Source of the DNA: Acidimicrobiia bacterium
GTDB lineage: Bacteria > Actinomycetota > Acidimicrobiia > Spongiisociales > ZC4RG35
Assembly: GCA_035544575.1 (NCBI GenBank)
Contig: DATKEC010000117.1
Span: forward strand, 11,865-75,864
Length of the DNA stretch: 64,000 nucleotides
Direction of reading: 5' to 3'
Within the stretch, counting starts at the first letter, position 1. Every line of letters starts with the position of its first letter. Positions 19,616 through 29,475 of this stretch are shown here, piece after piece. Position numbers and translations under genes: made by a program. Below the pieces are notes generated by a model, which saw only the letters and a list, made by a program, of their open reading frames with translations, did no database searches and was not told where the DNA came from.

Positions 19616-19648
19616 AGCCGGGCGGGGACTCCTCCTTCCCGCCCGGCT
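19616..19648. promoter_or_regulatory. GC-rich hairpin (11-bp stem) immediately downstream of SBP gene 2.
   Basis: The sequence agccgggcggg gactcctcctt cccgcccggct. No U-tract follows. This mirrors the hairpin after SBP gene 1. Confidence 0.5.
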
Positions 19649-19688
19649 GGCCACTGCCACTCGCAACGAATCGTCGATCGGTGAACAC

Positions 19689-20714
19689 GTGACCTCTCAG
19701 CCGCTACTCCGGGTCAGAGATCTCGAGACGCGCTTCTATGCCGACTTCGGCGTTGTGCGTGCGGTGGACGGCGTCTCCTTCGATGTCCATCCGGGAGAAA
19801 CGCTCGGCCTGGTGGGCGAATCCGGCTCAGGCAAGAGCGTCACCGCCATGTCCATCCTGCGCCTGGTTGGCTCTCCCGGAAGGATCGTGGCGGGCTCCAT
19901 CGAACTCGAAGGCGTCGATCTCCTCGGTCTCGATGCCGAGGAAATGAGGCGCGTGCGAGGCGGACAGATCAGCACGGTGTTCCAGAATCCGATGACTGCC
20001 CTCAATCCTGCGCTCCGCATCGGCTGGCAGCTCGACGAAGCACACCTCGCACACCATCGCGACGGGACGAAGTCCGCGGCCCGGGAAAAGGCGATCGAGA
20101 TGCTGCGATCTGTTGGTATCGCAGAGGCGGAGACGCGAGCCGAGTCCTATCCACACGAGTACTCGGGCGGGATGCGACAGCGGATCGTGATCGCAATGGG
20201 GATGATGAACAACCCGAAGCTGATCATCGCCGACGAACCGACCACTGCGTTAGACGTCACCATTCAGGCACAGGTCATCGACCTGTTGAAGCGGCTGATC
20301 GCCGACCACGACATGGCCCTGATCCTCATCACACACAACATGGGCGTCGTCGCGAACATGTGTGATCGGGTAGCGGTGATGTACGCGGGTCAGATCGTCG
20401 AGGAGGCGCCCGTCGACAAACTCTTCGACGATCCGCGCCACCCGTACACCTGGGCGCTGCTGCGGTCCCTACCAAGCATCGAGACCCGCGGGGAACGACT
20501 GCCGGCCATCCCCGGCTTTCCACCAGACATGACCAACCCGCCGGAAGGCTGTCGGTTCCGGCCCCGCTGTCCGTTTGCCGAGGACGTTTGCGAGGAGCCG
20601 CCTCCGCTCGTGATGCTCGATGACGGGACGAAGTCGCGCTGCTGGATCGCCCAGCGTGGGGAGACCTTCGCCGACCGCGACGACCGACTTCTCCATCGGG
20701 ACAAGCCGGCGTGA
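19689..20714 (+). CDS. Dpp/Opp-type ABC ATP-binding protein (DppD-like), paralog 2.
   Basis: Walker A GESGSGKS and signature YSGGMRQR. Confidence 0.9.
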   Translation: MTSQPLLRVRDLETRFYADFGVVRAVDGVSFDVHPGETLGLVGESGSGKSVTAMSILRLVGSPGRIVAGSIELEGVDLLGLDAEEMRRVRGGQISTVFQNPMTALNPALRIGWQLDEAHLAHHRDGTKSAAREKAIEMLRSVGIAEAETRAESYPHEYSGGMRQRIVIAMGMMNNPKLIIADEPTTALDVTIQAQVIDLLKRLIADHDMALILITHNMGVVANMCDRVAVMYAGQIVEEAPVDKLFDDPRHPYTWALLRSLPSIETRGERLPAIPGFPPDMTNPPEGCRFRPRCPFAEDVCEEPPPLVMLDDGTKSRCWIAQRGETFADRDDRLLHRDKPA

Positions 20715-21772
20715 GCATTTCGGACGCCGGGGCTCCCGTCGATACCGGCGATGGCACGTCCCGCGCGCTGCTGCAGCTGACCGATGTCGTGAAGTACTTC
20801 ACGGTGCGGCAGGGTCTCCTGGCCGCCACTCACACGGTCCACGCGGTCGACGGAATCACGCTCAACATCTTCGAGGGAGAGACACTCGGCGTGGTCGGCG
20901 AGTCGGGCTGCGGTAAGTCGACCCTCGCCCGAGTGGTCGTCGGACTGCTCCGCCCGGATTCGGGATCCGTCGAGTTGGGTGGGACAGACATCCACGCCGG
21001 CGACAGCGACGCAGCGAGTGCACGACGCAAGCTTCAGATGGTGTTCCAGGATCCGGCGGGCTCGCTCAACCCCAGACTCAGCGTTCTCGACAGCGTTGCC
21101 GAACCGCTGCATGCCCGCGGGATGCGCAGGACCGACGACCGCGTGTTCGAGGCACTCGACCTCGTCGGTCTGAAGGCCGAGTACGCGCACCGTCTCCCCC
21201 ATCAACTCTCGGGCGGACAGCAACAGCGTGCCTGTATCGCACGAGCGCTGATCAGTGAGGCGCGTGTGGTGGTGCACGACGAGGCGGTCAGCGCTCTCGA
21301 CATCTCCCTTCAGGCACAGGTGCTGAACCTGTTGCGCGACCTCCAAGACCGACTGGGCCTCACCTACGTCTTCATCTCCCACGACCTCGCCACCGTCCAG
21401 ACGATCAGCACGCGGATCGCGGTGATGTACCTGGGGAAGGTGGTGGAACTGTCCCCCGCCCGCAGATTCCACGAGCGGCCCCTTCATCCCTATTCCGTGG
21501 CCCTGCGTTCGGCGGTACCCGTGCCGCATCCGGCGGTCGAGCGGGCCAGGGCGCGCATCCTCCTGCGAGGCGACGTGCCGAGTCCGCTCGCACCGCCATC
21601 CGGTTGCCGGTTCAATACACGATGCCCGCTCGCCCAGGACATATGCCGCGAAGCGGAACCACCCTTGACTGAACATGCCCCGGGACAATGGGCGGCCTGT
21701 CACTTCGCTGGCAGATTCGACCGCACGCTCAGCGCAATTCGAGAACAGCCCCACGATGGGACTGCATCATGA
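20711..21772 (+). CDS. Dpp/Opp-type ABC ATP-binding protein (DppF-like), paralog 2.
   Basis: Walker A GESGCGKST and signature LSGGQQQR. GTGA overlap with the upstream gene. Confidence 0.9.
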   Translation: MSISDAGAPVDTGDGTSRALLQLTDVVKYFTVRQGLLAATHTVHAVDGITLNIFEGETLGVVGESGCGKSTLARVVVGLLRPDSGSVELGGTDIHAGDSDAASARRKLQMVFQDPAGSLNPRLSVLDSVAEPLHARGMRRTDDRVFEALDLVGLKAEYAHRLPHQLSGGQQQRACIARALISEARVVVHDEAVSALDISLQAQVLNLLRDLQDRLGLTYVFISHDLATVQTISTRIAVMYLGKVVELSPARRFHERPLHPYSVALRSAVPVPHPAVERARARILLRGDVPSPLAPPSGCRFNTRCPLAQDICREAEPPLTEHAPGQWAACHFAGRFDRTLSAIREQPHDGTAS

Positions 21773-22719
21773 TCCGGTTCGCCCTGGAACGGATCATCGG
21801 CCTGATCCTCGTACTGTTCGCCGTCTCCGCCATCGTGTTCGGGCTCGGGTCGCTGATACCCGGAGATCTCGCCACGGTGCTGGTGGGTTCGGAAGGCGCA
21901 ACCCCAGAGCAGTTCGAGAGGGTTCGTGAGGAACTCGGGCTGAACGACCCACTCGTCGTGCAGTACGGCCGCTGGATGGGTGGTGTCGTCCAGGGTGACT
22001 TCGGCGTCTCACCCATCACCGGCCGCTCCGTGAATGGGGAACTCGCCTCTCAGGTGCCCGTGTCCCTCGAACTCACGATCCTCGCACTCGCCGTCTCTAC
22101 GCTCATCGGAATTCCCATGGGAATCCTGGCAGCCGTCCACGCCAACAATGCCTGGGACTTCGTGATTCGTGCCGCTCTCTTGATAGGGTTCTCGGTGCCG
22201 ATCTTCGTCGCCGGGATCCTCCTGCTGTTGTTTGGATCCAAGTATCTGACTCCGCTGTATGCAGCCTCCTACACACCAATCTCGGAGGGCATCGTCGAGA
22301 ATCTGCGGAGCATGGTCTTCCCGGTCATGTCGATCGCTATCCCGGTGGCCGCCATGACGATGCAAATGACGCGGACGAGCATGCTGGAGACTCTCGGACA
22401 GCACTACATCACAATGGCGCGAGCCAAAGGGGCGCGGCGGCCGAACATCCTCTACATCCACGCTCTCAAGAACGCCATGTCACCCGTCCTGACGCTGCTC
22501 GGGTTCCAGTTCGGGATCCTCCTCGGCGGTCTGTTCGTGGTCGAGGCGATCTTCAGCCTCCCTGGCGTCGGACGGGGCCTGCTGGTGGCGATCGGGCAAC
22601 GGGACTACCCGCTCGTGATGGCGATCACCATGGTGATCGCCACCGCATTCGTCGTCGTCAATGTTCTCGTCGACCTGCTGTATCCGATACTCGACCCGCG
22701 ACAGAGAGCTGCACGATGA
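21769..22719 (+). CDS. Dpp/Opp-type ABC permease (DppB-like), paralog 2.
   Basis: Real start is the ATG at 21769 (MIRFALERIIGLILVLF), which forms an ATGA overlap. Confidence 0.85.
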   Translation: MIRFALERIIGLILVLFAVSAIVFGLGSLIPGDLATVLVGSEGATPEQFERVREELGLNDPLVVQYGRWMGGVVQGDFGVSPITGRSVNGELASQVPVSLELTILALAVSTLIGIPMGILAAVHANNAWDFVIRAALLIGFSVPIFVAGILLLLFGSKYLTPLYAASYTPISEGIVENLRSMVFPVMSIAIPVAAMTMQMTRTSMLETLGQHYITMARAKGARRPNILYIHALKNAMSPVLTLLGFQFGILLGGLFVVEAIFSLPGVGRGLLVAIGQRDYPLVMAITMVIATAFVVVNVLVDLLYPILDPRQRAAR

Positions 22720-23606
22720 CTGCCACTCCGTACACATACCGTCCCCGAAGACTCGCACGACTGGTCCGGAACCCGAGCGGGCTGATCGCGACGATCATCG
22801 TCACTCTATTTCTCGTGATGACAGTCGCCGGCCCGTGGATCGCTCCGTACGACCCAAACGAACTCGGCAGCGGGACCCCGCTGCAGGGACCGTCAGCAGA
22901 GCATTGGTTTGGAACAGACGAGCTCGGGCGCGATCAGCTGAGCCGGGTCGTCTCGGCAGCACGGGTGGCAGTGGGAGTGTCGGTCATCTCTGTCACAATC
23001 GCTCTCGTGGTTGGTGGCATCGGGGGCATCGCAGCCGGCTACGCACGAGGCCTGACCGACAAGATCCTCGTGCGGGTGATGGACGTGATGTTCTCTTTCC
23101 CCACGCTTCTCCTGGCGATCGTGATCGTGGCGGTCCTCGGGCCGGGTCTGCTGACCGCCTCGCTCGCGATCGCCATCGTCTACACGCCCCGGTTCGCACG
23201 GGTCGCCCGCGGGGCCGCCCTCGGCATACGCAACGAGTTGTACATCGAGGCTGCTCAACTCGCCGGCGTGCACCCGGTGCGGATCGCCCGCCGTCACGTT
23301 GTCCCGAACATCGCCGCCCCGATGACCGTGCTGGCCGCCCTCTCGATGTCGACGGCGCAGCTCGCATATGCCGCGCTCAGCTTCCTCGGCCTCGGGACAC
23401 TCCCCCCCCAAGCCGACTACGGGAGCATGCTGGCCAGAGCGCGGAACTTCATGACGATCGCACCCTCGATGGTGATCTTCCCTTCGATCGCCCTCGTGCT
23501 CCTGATCGTCGGCTTCAACCTCTTCGGCGATGCATTGCGCGACGTGCTCGACCCGCGAGCACAGCGCGGCAAGGCATCGATCCAGGGGGTCGAAGCGACG
23601 ATCTGA
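22716..23606 (+). CDS. Dpp/Opp-type ABC permease (DppC-like), paralog 2.
   Basis: 296 aa with TM segments. ATGA overlap with the upstream permease gene. Confidence 0.85.
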   Translation: MTATPYTYRPRRLARLVRNPSGLIATIIVTLFLVMTVAGPWIAPYDPNELGSGTPLQGPSAEHWFGTDELGRDQLSRVVSAARVAVGVSVISVTIALVVGGIGGIAAGYARGLTDKILVRVMDVMFSFPTLLLAIVIVAVLGPGLLTASLAIAIVYTPRFARVARGAALGIRNELYIEAAQLAGVHPVRIARRHVVPNIAAPMTVLAALSMSTAQLAYAALSFLGLGTLPPQADYGSMLARARNFMTIAPSMVIFPSIALVLLIVGFNLFGDALRDVLDPRAQRGKASIQGVEATI

Positions 23607-23620
23607 AAGGGGACGCTCCC

Positions 23621-25225
23621 ATGGCGATCGCCGAGTTCCGAATCGACGGCGGGACCATCATCGACGGAACCGGGGAGCCCGGCCGGATCGGACGGGTGGC
23701 GATCCAGGGCGGACGCCTCATCGTCACCGACGATGCCGTCCCCGCCCGTCGCATCATCGACGCCGACGGGGCCATCGTTTCGCCTGGTTTCATCGACCTG
23801 CACACGCACTCGGACTTCACGCTGCCGCTCCACCCTGCTGCACCGGCGATGGTCCACCAGGGTGTCACGACGCAAGTCACCGGAAACTGTGGGTTCTCCC
23901 CGTTCCCCGCGCCGCCGGTACGCGTGAATGAGCTGATGGCACTCACGAAGTTCATCGACAAGGGAATCGATTGGGACCGGTGTGCGACTGCCGACGACTA
24001 CATCCGATACCTCGAAGACACGTCTCCGGCGACGAACGTCGTCCTGCAGGTCGGTCTGGGGACCGTCCGCGTGGCAACGATGGGCTTCGACCGACGCCCT
24101 CCCACTTCCCCGGAGAGGGCCCAGATGGAAAGGGAGATCTCGGCCGCGTTCGACGCTGGCGCCCTCGGAATCTCCAGTGGCCTCGTGTATGCCCCCGGTA
24201 GTTACGCCAGCGCTGACGAGGTCCGCGCGCTCGTTTCCGTCGCGGCAGCCCGGGGCGGGTTCTACTCCACCCACATCAGGAACGAGGGTGCGGAGTTACA
24301 GGCTTCGATCGAAGAGGCACTCGACACCGCGCGATCGGCCGGCGCTCCTCTCCAGATCAGCCATCACAAGGCGATCGGCTCCCCGAACTGGGGCTCGGTG
24401 AACTCCAGCCTCGCCCAGATCGACCGTGCCATCGATCTCGGTCAAGATGTCCTCGCCGATGTGTACCCGTACCGTGCGGGTAGCACCACGCTCACCCAGA
24501 TCCTGCCGACCTGGGCCCTCGAAGGCGGCATCCCAGCCATGCGAAGGAACCTCCAGGATCCGGCCGTGCGCAAGCGGATCGCCCACGAGATGACACGCCC
24601 AGACGCCCTCCGCGACTTCGACCCGAACGCGATCGTGCTCGCCGAGATCCCCCCGGGACCCAACGCGGGACATGAGGGTCGCTCCCTTGCCGAACTCGCC
24701 GCAGATGCCGGCCAGGATCCGATCGACGTTGCGTTCCGGCTACTCGTCGAAGAAGGTGCGGGAATCGTCATGGTGGTGTTCGGCATGGCGGAGGAGGACG
24801 TGAAGCGGGTGATGAGTCACCACGCGGTTGCGATTGCGAGTGATGGCTGGACGCTCGATCCTTCCACAGGCGGTACCCCGCATCCCCGCAGCTATGGGAC
24901 GTTCCCGCGCGTCCTCGGCAAGTATGTGCGGGAGGAAGGAGTGCTGTCACTCGAAGCAGCCGTACACAAGATGACCGGCCTCCCGGCGCGTCGTCTGCGT
25001 GGACTGCAGCGCGGCCACATCGAGTCGGGATTCGTTGCAGACATCGTCGTGTTCGATCCCGCAGCGATTGCCGATGTCGCCACGTATTCAGACCCACATC
25101 GATTCAGTGTCGGGCTGGAACATGTCTTCGTCGGCGGCGTCCCCGTCATCGAGGACCGTCTCGAAACCGGCGCCCGCCCTGGCTCGGTGTTAACCAGAGA
25201 GCGCCGAGCCGATCCAGTCGAGTGA
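23621..25225 (+). CDS. D-aminoacylase (N-acyl-D-amino-acid deacylase) family amidohydrolase.
   Basis: Real start at 23621 (MAIAEFRIDGGTIIDGTG...FIDLHTHSDF) with an AAAGGGGA RBS. Last gene of Dpp operon 2. Confidence 0.75.
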   Translation: MAIAEFRIDGGTIIDGTGEPGRIGRVAIQGGRLIVTDDAVPARRIIDADGAIVSPGFIDLHTHSDFTLPLHPAAPAMVHQGVTTQVTGNCGFSPFPAPPVRVNELMALTKFIDKGIDWDRCATADDYIRYLEDTSPATNVVLQVGLGTVRVATMGFDRRPPTSPERAQMEREISAAFDAGALGISSGLVYAPGSYASADEVRALVSVAAARGGFYSTHIRNEGAELQASIEEALDTARSAGAPLQISHHKAIGSPNWGSVNSSLAQIDRAIDLGQDVLADVYPYRAGSTTLTQILPTWALEGGIPAMRRNLQDPAVRKRIAHEMTRPDALRDFDPNAIVLAEIPPGPNAGHEGRSLAELAADAGQDPIDVAFRLLVEEGAGIVMVVFGMAEEDVKRVMSHHAVAIASDGWTLDPSTGGTPHPRSYGTFPRVLGKYVREEGVLSLEAAVHKMTGLPARRLRGLQRGHIESGFVADIVVFDPAAIADVATYSDPHRFSVGLEHVFVGGVPVIEDRLETGARPGSVLTRERRADPVE

Positions 25226-26428
25226 TCGAGACGGCATCAGTCCGTAGTGGTAGAAGTCAACCCGGGAAGCGCCTGCAGCTCGGGCAACCCGAACCTTGTC
25301 CATCAGGCTGGCCGCGCTGACAGTGTCCGGCCACATCGGGCGCAAGCCCACGCCGAACTCGACATCATCGATCTCGTCGAGATATCCCGCGATGAGGTGC
25401 CGGAGGTCTTCGGCCTCGGCGACATACCCGAGGATCTCGAAATCGTCGACGAGCGATGCAACCCGGGAGAGGTCGACGCCGAGCACCCACGCCTCCATCG
25501 GTGAGTCGCTGCTCCGCGTCGATCCACCCTTGGCCGACCCGCCGTGGGCGCTGTAGGTGAAACGAACACCAGCCGCCCTGGCAGTGTCTGCGACCTCGTC
25601 GACCAGAGTCGACACCGTTTCGAGGCGAGCCGCGACGAAACCGACGAGCTCTTCGCCGATCACGTCGACGAGCGCCTCCTGCGTCAGTGGGTCGTGCCCG
25701 CCGGTTCCCACCTCGAAGACCCCGTCGAGGTACCGGGCCACGTTTGCCTGCAACTGGTCGCCGTCCACGCCGTGGCGCCCGGCCGCTTGGCGGCACGACT
25801 CGCAGAAGCAGAGGCCGAGCAGGAAACGGGCGACAGGCCCCATGTCGACGAATGTGCGCTCGTGGTGATATCCGTGGTCGATGGTCCTGAAGTGAAGGGC
25901 TTCGGCGAAAATCGAGCTGACGGGATAGCGGCATATGTCTCCCGTGAGCGCCACCGCGTAGCGGCGGACCTCTTGGTTCGCCGGACAGAGATCTGTGAGG
26001 TATCGGTCACCGTACGCGTTCCGCGGAGCACACTCGGGGTGCGCTGTCGCGAGCCGCGAATTGTGCAGGTAGACGGTCCAGGCTCGCGTTGTCATGCCCC
26101 GAACGTCAGCAGCCCCGCACAGCATCGCCAGCACGTCCTGTTCGCGCTGCAGCGAGTCCTCCACCGGTACGAGTTTGCCGTACCGAGCAGGCTCCGGCCG
26201 GAAGAGGACCGTCCCGCCGTCGTGGAAATACACCTTGCGCACCGGGTTGTGGGGGAGGACGTCTCTGGCGTTGTGGTAGGCCGTGGCGAGAGACACCCCC
26301 CTCGCCCCTGACCTGTCACGGATCTCGTCCAGCGCACCGGCAAAACCGGTGTCGACCAGGTCGACCGCGAAGACGAACAAGGATGCGTCCACCCGTACCT
26401 CCCATCCTGCGAACCGGGCTTGGCGCAC
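25190..26428 (-). CDS. Hypothetical protein (412 aa, Cys cluster CFCESC). Possibly a TIM-barrel enzyme. Function unknown.
   Basis: Long ORF with coding-like composition and no convincing family match from memory. It overlaps the D-aminoacylase 3' end convergently by 36 nt. Confidence 0.45.
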   Translation of the reverse strand: MRQARFAGWEVRVDASLFVFAVDLVDTGFAGALDEIRDRSGARGVSLATAYHNARDVLPHNPVRKVYFHDGGTVLFRPEPARYGKLVPVEDSLQREQDVLAMLCGAADVRGMTTRAWTVYLHNSRLATAHPECAPRNAYGDRYLTDLCPANQEVRRYAVALTGDICRYPVSSIFAEALHFRTIDHGYHHERTFVDMGPVARFLLGLCFCESCRQAAGRHGVDGDQLQANVARYLDGVFEVGTGGHDPLTQEALVDVIGEELVGFVAARLETVSTLVDEVADTARAAGVRFTYSAHGGSAKGGSTRSSDSPMEAWVLGVDLSRVASLVDDFEILGYVAEAEDLRHLIAGYLDEIDDVEFGVGLRPMWPDTVSAASLMDKVRVARAAGASRVDFYHYGLMPSRSLDWIGSALSG

Positions 26429-26439
26429 GCTAACGCCCG

Positions 26440-26460
26440 CCGGATCGGATACGATTCCGG
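26440..26460. promoter_or_regulatory. Candidate operator ccggatcggatacgattccgg in the divergent region.
   Basis: It shares the GGATACGATTCC core with the direct repeats at 36489-36518. Confidence 0.35.
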
Positions 26461-26493
26461 CGTGCCGAGTCCTCCCTCACCGTCGACCGGTCG

Positions 26494-27765
26494 ATGACGC
26501 GGCTGACCCACCGCGCCGAGATCGCAGGACGTCCGCTCACTGTCCTCGACAAGGGAATACCCGCGGCTCCGCCCGGCGCCACCATCGGATCGATCGGCGA
26601 ACTCGGTTGGAGCGTGCCCGATCTCCTTCCACCTGTGGCGGTGCTCCGGGAGTCTGCACTCGAGCACAACATCGAGATGATGGCCGGGTATTGCCAGGAG
26701 CACGGGTTCCACCTGGCTCCGCACGCCAAGACGACGATGGCGCCCGCTCTCGTCGACCGGCAGCTCGCACATGGCGCTTGGGGGATGACCGTGGGAACGG
26801 CTTTCCAGGCACGCGTTCTGGCCGGGCTGGGAGTCCACAGGATCATCATTGCTCACCAGGTCCATGACCGCGTCGGGATCGCGGAACTCGCGCGGTTGCT
26901 CGTGGAACACCCCGACCTCGAGATCCACGTGCTGGCCGACTCGTTGCAGGGTGTTGCGCTGATGGACGCCGCTCTCGCCGCCCTCGAACCTCACAGGCCG
27001 TTACACGTCCTCGTCGAATTGGGGATGACCGGTGGTCGAACCGGCGCGCGAACGGTCGAAGGGGCTCTCGATGTCGCCCGCGCGGTCAGCCGTGCCCCCA
27101 CGCTCCGGTTCGCGGGCGTCGAGGGCTACGAGGGCCTGGCCGAGCGCGGCGAGCTCGACAGCACGCTGCGGGCCGTCGACCGCTTCCTCGACGAGATGGT
27201 CGGGCTCACCGAAGCCGTCGAACGCGAGCGACTGGCCGACGGAGCGATCATCCTCTCGGCCGGTGGAAGCGCGTACTTCGACCGCGTGGTCGACCGGTTC
27301 GGGACGATCGGTCCGGGCGTGGTCAAGATCCTCCGGTCCGGCTGTTACGTCACCCACGACCACAGCAAGTATCGGCGCTTGTCACCGCTCGACGGACGAT
27401 CGACATCTTCACCCAGGTTGCGGCCGGCGCTCGAGGTGTGGTGCGCCGTCGTCTCGCGGCCCGAACGCGATCTCATCGTCGTGAACGGAGGACGGCGGGA
27501 CATGTCCTTCGATGCCGGGTTGCCGTTGGCATTCGCACTGTGGCACGGCGATGCAGGTGCGGTGGACCTCGAAGAGTGGTGGCCGGTGGAGCGAATGATG
27601 GATCAACACGCGATGCTTCGGATCCCGGCACACGCCGAAGTTGGGCCGGGCGATCTGATCGCGCTCGGCATCTCCCATCCATGCACCACCTTCGACAAGT
27701 GGCGGGTGATGCCGGTAGTCGACGACCGGCATCAGGTCGTCGACGCCGTCGTCACCCACTTCTGA
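26494..27765 (+). CDS. Alanine-racemase-fold PLP enzyme (D-serine dehydratase-like, D-threonine aldolase-like or amino-acid racemase family).
   Basis: 423 aa. The N-terminal TIM-barrel region with the HAKTTMAP-type lysine context and the C-terminal beta domain fit the alanine racemase N-domain family. Confidence 0.55.
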   Translation: MTRLTHRAEIAGRPLTVLDKGIPAAPPGATIGSIGELGWSVPDLLPPVAVLRESALEHNIEMMAGYCQEHGFHLAPHAKTTMAPALVDRQLAHGAWGMTVGTAFQARVLAGLGVHRIIIAHQVHDRVGIAELARLLVEHPDLEIHVLADSLQGVALMDAALAALEPHRPLHVLVELGMTGGRTGARTVEGALDVARAVSRAPTLRFAGVEGYEGLAERGELDSTLRAVDRFLDEMVGLTEAVERERLADGAIILSAGGSAYFDRVVDRFGTIGPGVVKILRSGCYVTHDHSKYRRLSPLDGRSTSSPRLRPALEVWCAVVSRPERDLIVVNGGRRDMSFDAGLPLAFALWHGDAGAVDLEEWWPVERMMDQHAMLRIPAHAEVGPGDLIALGISHPCTTFDKWRVMPVVDDRHQVVDAVVTHF

Positions 27766-27778
27766 GAGGACGCAGATC

Positions 27779-28709
27779 CATGAGCGAACGATCCACCCGC
27801 CCCAGGACGAAGGTGCTCGTCACCGGGGCGGGCGGCTATATGGCGGCCCGACTGCTCCCGGAACTCGCCCGTGACTACGACCTCCGCCTCGTCGACGTGC
27901 GCGACGTGACCGCGGAGTACGACATCGCCGACGTCCACACCGCCGACCTCGCCTCACCGAACCGCGACGGGTACGGCCACCTCTTTGCAGATGTCGAAGT
28001 CGTCGTGCATCTCGGATACATCCGATCCAGCCCCAGAGGCGTCTACGACCAGACCATCCCCCATATCGATCGGTTCGAGGCCGAGATGGCGAACGTGCAG
28101 ATGGCATACAACGTCTACCGGGTCGCGCTCGACGCAGGTGTGCGGAGGGTCGTCGTGGCGAGTTCGAACCATGCCGCCGATTGGTATGAGCATGCACTCG
28201 TCCACTCAGGCCGCCGTGAGAATGTCACACCCTCCGATTTGCCGCTCTCAGACAACTTCTACGGGTGGTCGAAGGCTGCCTACGAACTCATGGCATTCCC
28301 GTTCGCTTGTGGCACCTTCGGCCGTTCACTGGAAGTGGTGCTCCTCCGCATCGGTGCCCCGAGGGACGTGGACGCAGCGGATCACATCGGCCGGGAGACG
28401 GGTACGCAACCGAGCATCCCGGGCGGCGTGGCGGGATTGAAACGCGACCTGGGCGCCTACCTGAGCCGAGCAGACGGAGTGCAGCTGTTCACGCGGGCGA
28501 TCGAGACCGAGGACATCCGCGACGAGCATGGCGTGCCATGGCTCATCGCGTACGGGATCAGCGACAACACACGCGCCTTTTGGTCCTTGGAGACAGCGAA
28601 ACGAGTGCTGGGCTACGAGCCACAGGACGACGGGGACATCAGGTTCGCGGATCAGGTAGGGCGATGGATCACCAACCCCGGCGATCCACGGCCGGGAAAG
28701 CTCGGATGA
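27779..28709 (+). CDS. NAD-dependent epimerase/dehydratase family protein (extended SDR).
   Basis: Real start at 27779 (MSERSTRPRTKVLVTGAGGYMAARL) with a GAGAGGA RBS. The ORF-track N-terminal extension is Arg-rich junk. Confidence 0.75.
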
Positions 28710-28722
28710 CCAAGGAGCATCG

Positions 28723-29469
28723 ATGACCGACACCACAGCCTCGATCGGAATGATCCTCCCGTTCGACTCCGCGCTCGATCGGGAGTTCTGGCAATACGTT
28801 CCCGACGGCGTCGACCTGTTCATGACACGGACGCCCCACGTCGCCGGGCCGCTCGGCGTCCCTCTGATAGCCGCAGTTTCCGAACCTGCAGCGATCCTTT
28901 CCGCCGCCGCCGACATGGCCGTAGCCCTCGATCCCGACGTGGTCGTCTACGCGTGCACGTCGGGGAGCTTCATCCGAGGACTCGACGCGTGCCGCCAACT
29001 CCGCGCAGACATCGAAGCGGCCGGGTGTCGCCGGGGTGGATCCACCAGCGAGTTCTTGCTCGACGCGCTCGAGGTGTTGGGGGCGGGCAGGGTGGCGGTC
29101 GCAGCCCCATATGACGACGAGATGACCGGCCTCCTCCTCGACTTCCTCAAGGAAGCGGGGCACGACCCGGTCTCGTGTGCGAACCTGGGGATGACCGGCG
29201 ACCCCAAGTCAGTCGATTCCCAGGGGGTTCTCGAACTGGCACGGGCGGCGGACTCCCCGTCCGCGGAGGCTCTGATCCTCAGCTGCACCAATCTCCGCAC
29301 GTTCGAACTCGTACCCATGCTCGAGTCGGAATTGGGTAAGCCCGTTGTGACGTCCAACCAGGTTTCGATTTGGGGTGCCCTCGTCCATGTCGGTGCTCCG
29401 ATGCCCGCGATCGATCATGCCCTGTTCAAGCGAGTCTTGGCACAACGTTCGCCGTCACCTACCCGGTAG
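28723..29469 (+). CDS. Asp/Glu/hydantoin racemase superfamily protein (maleate isomerase/arylmalonate decarboxylase-like).
   Basis: 248 aa with the conserved Cys contexts YACTSGS and LSCTNL typical of this superfamily. Confidence 0.65.
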   Translation: MTDTTASIGMILPFDSALDREFWQYVPDGVDLFMTRTPHVAGPLGVPLIAAVSEPAAILSAAADMAVALDPDVVVYACTSGSFIRGLDACRQLRADIEAAGCRRGGSTSEFLLDALEVLGAGRVAVAAPYDDEMTGLLLDFLKEAGHDPVSCANLGMTGDPKSVDSQGVLELARAADSPSAEALILSCTNLRTFELVPMLESELGKPVVTSNQVSIWGALVHVGAPMPAIDHALFKRVLAQRSPSPTR

Positions 29470-29475
29470 GCGTGA

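Noticed and set aside
20390-21754. 454-aa ORF on the minus strand
   Set aside because: It is antisense to two plus-strand ABC ATPase genes that contain unambiguous Walker A and signature motifs. Its translation is Arg/Gly/Ser-rich and low-complexity, typical of wrong-frame ORFs in high-GC DNA.
22661-25225. 854-aa ORF spanning the permease and D-aminoacylase genes
   Set aside because: It is chimeric. The first roughly 320 aa are an out-of-frame read-through of the DppC-like permease region and are Arg/Pro-rich. The real gene starts at ATG 23621, which has an RBS.
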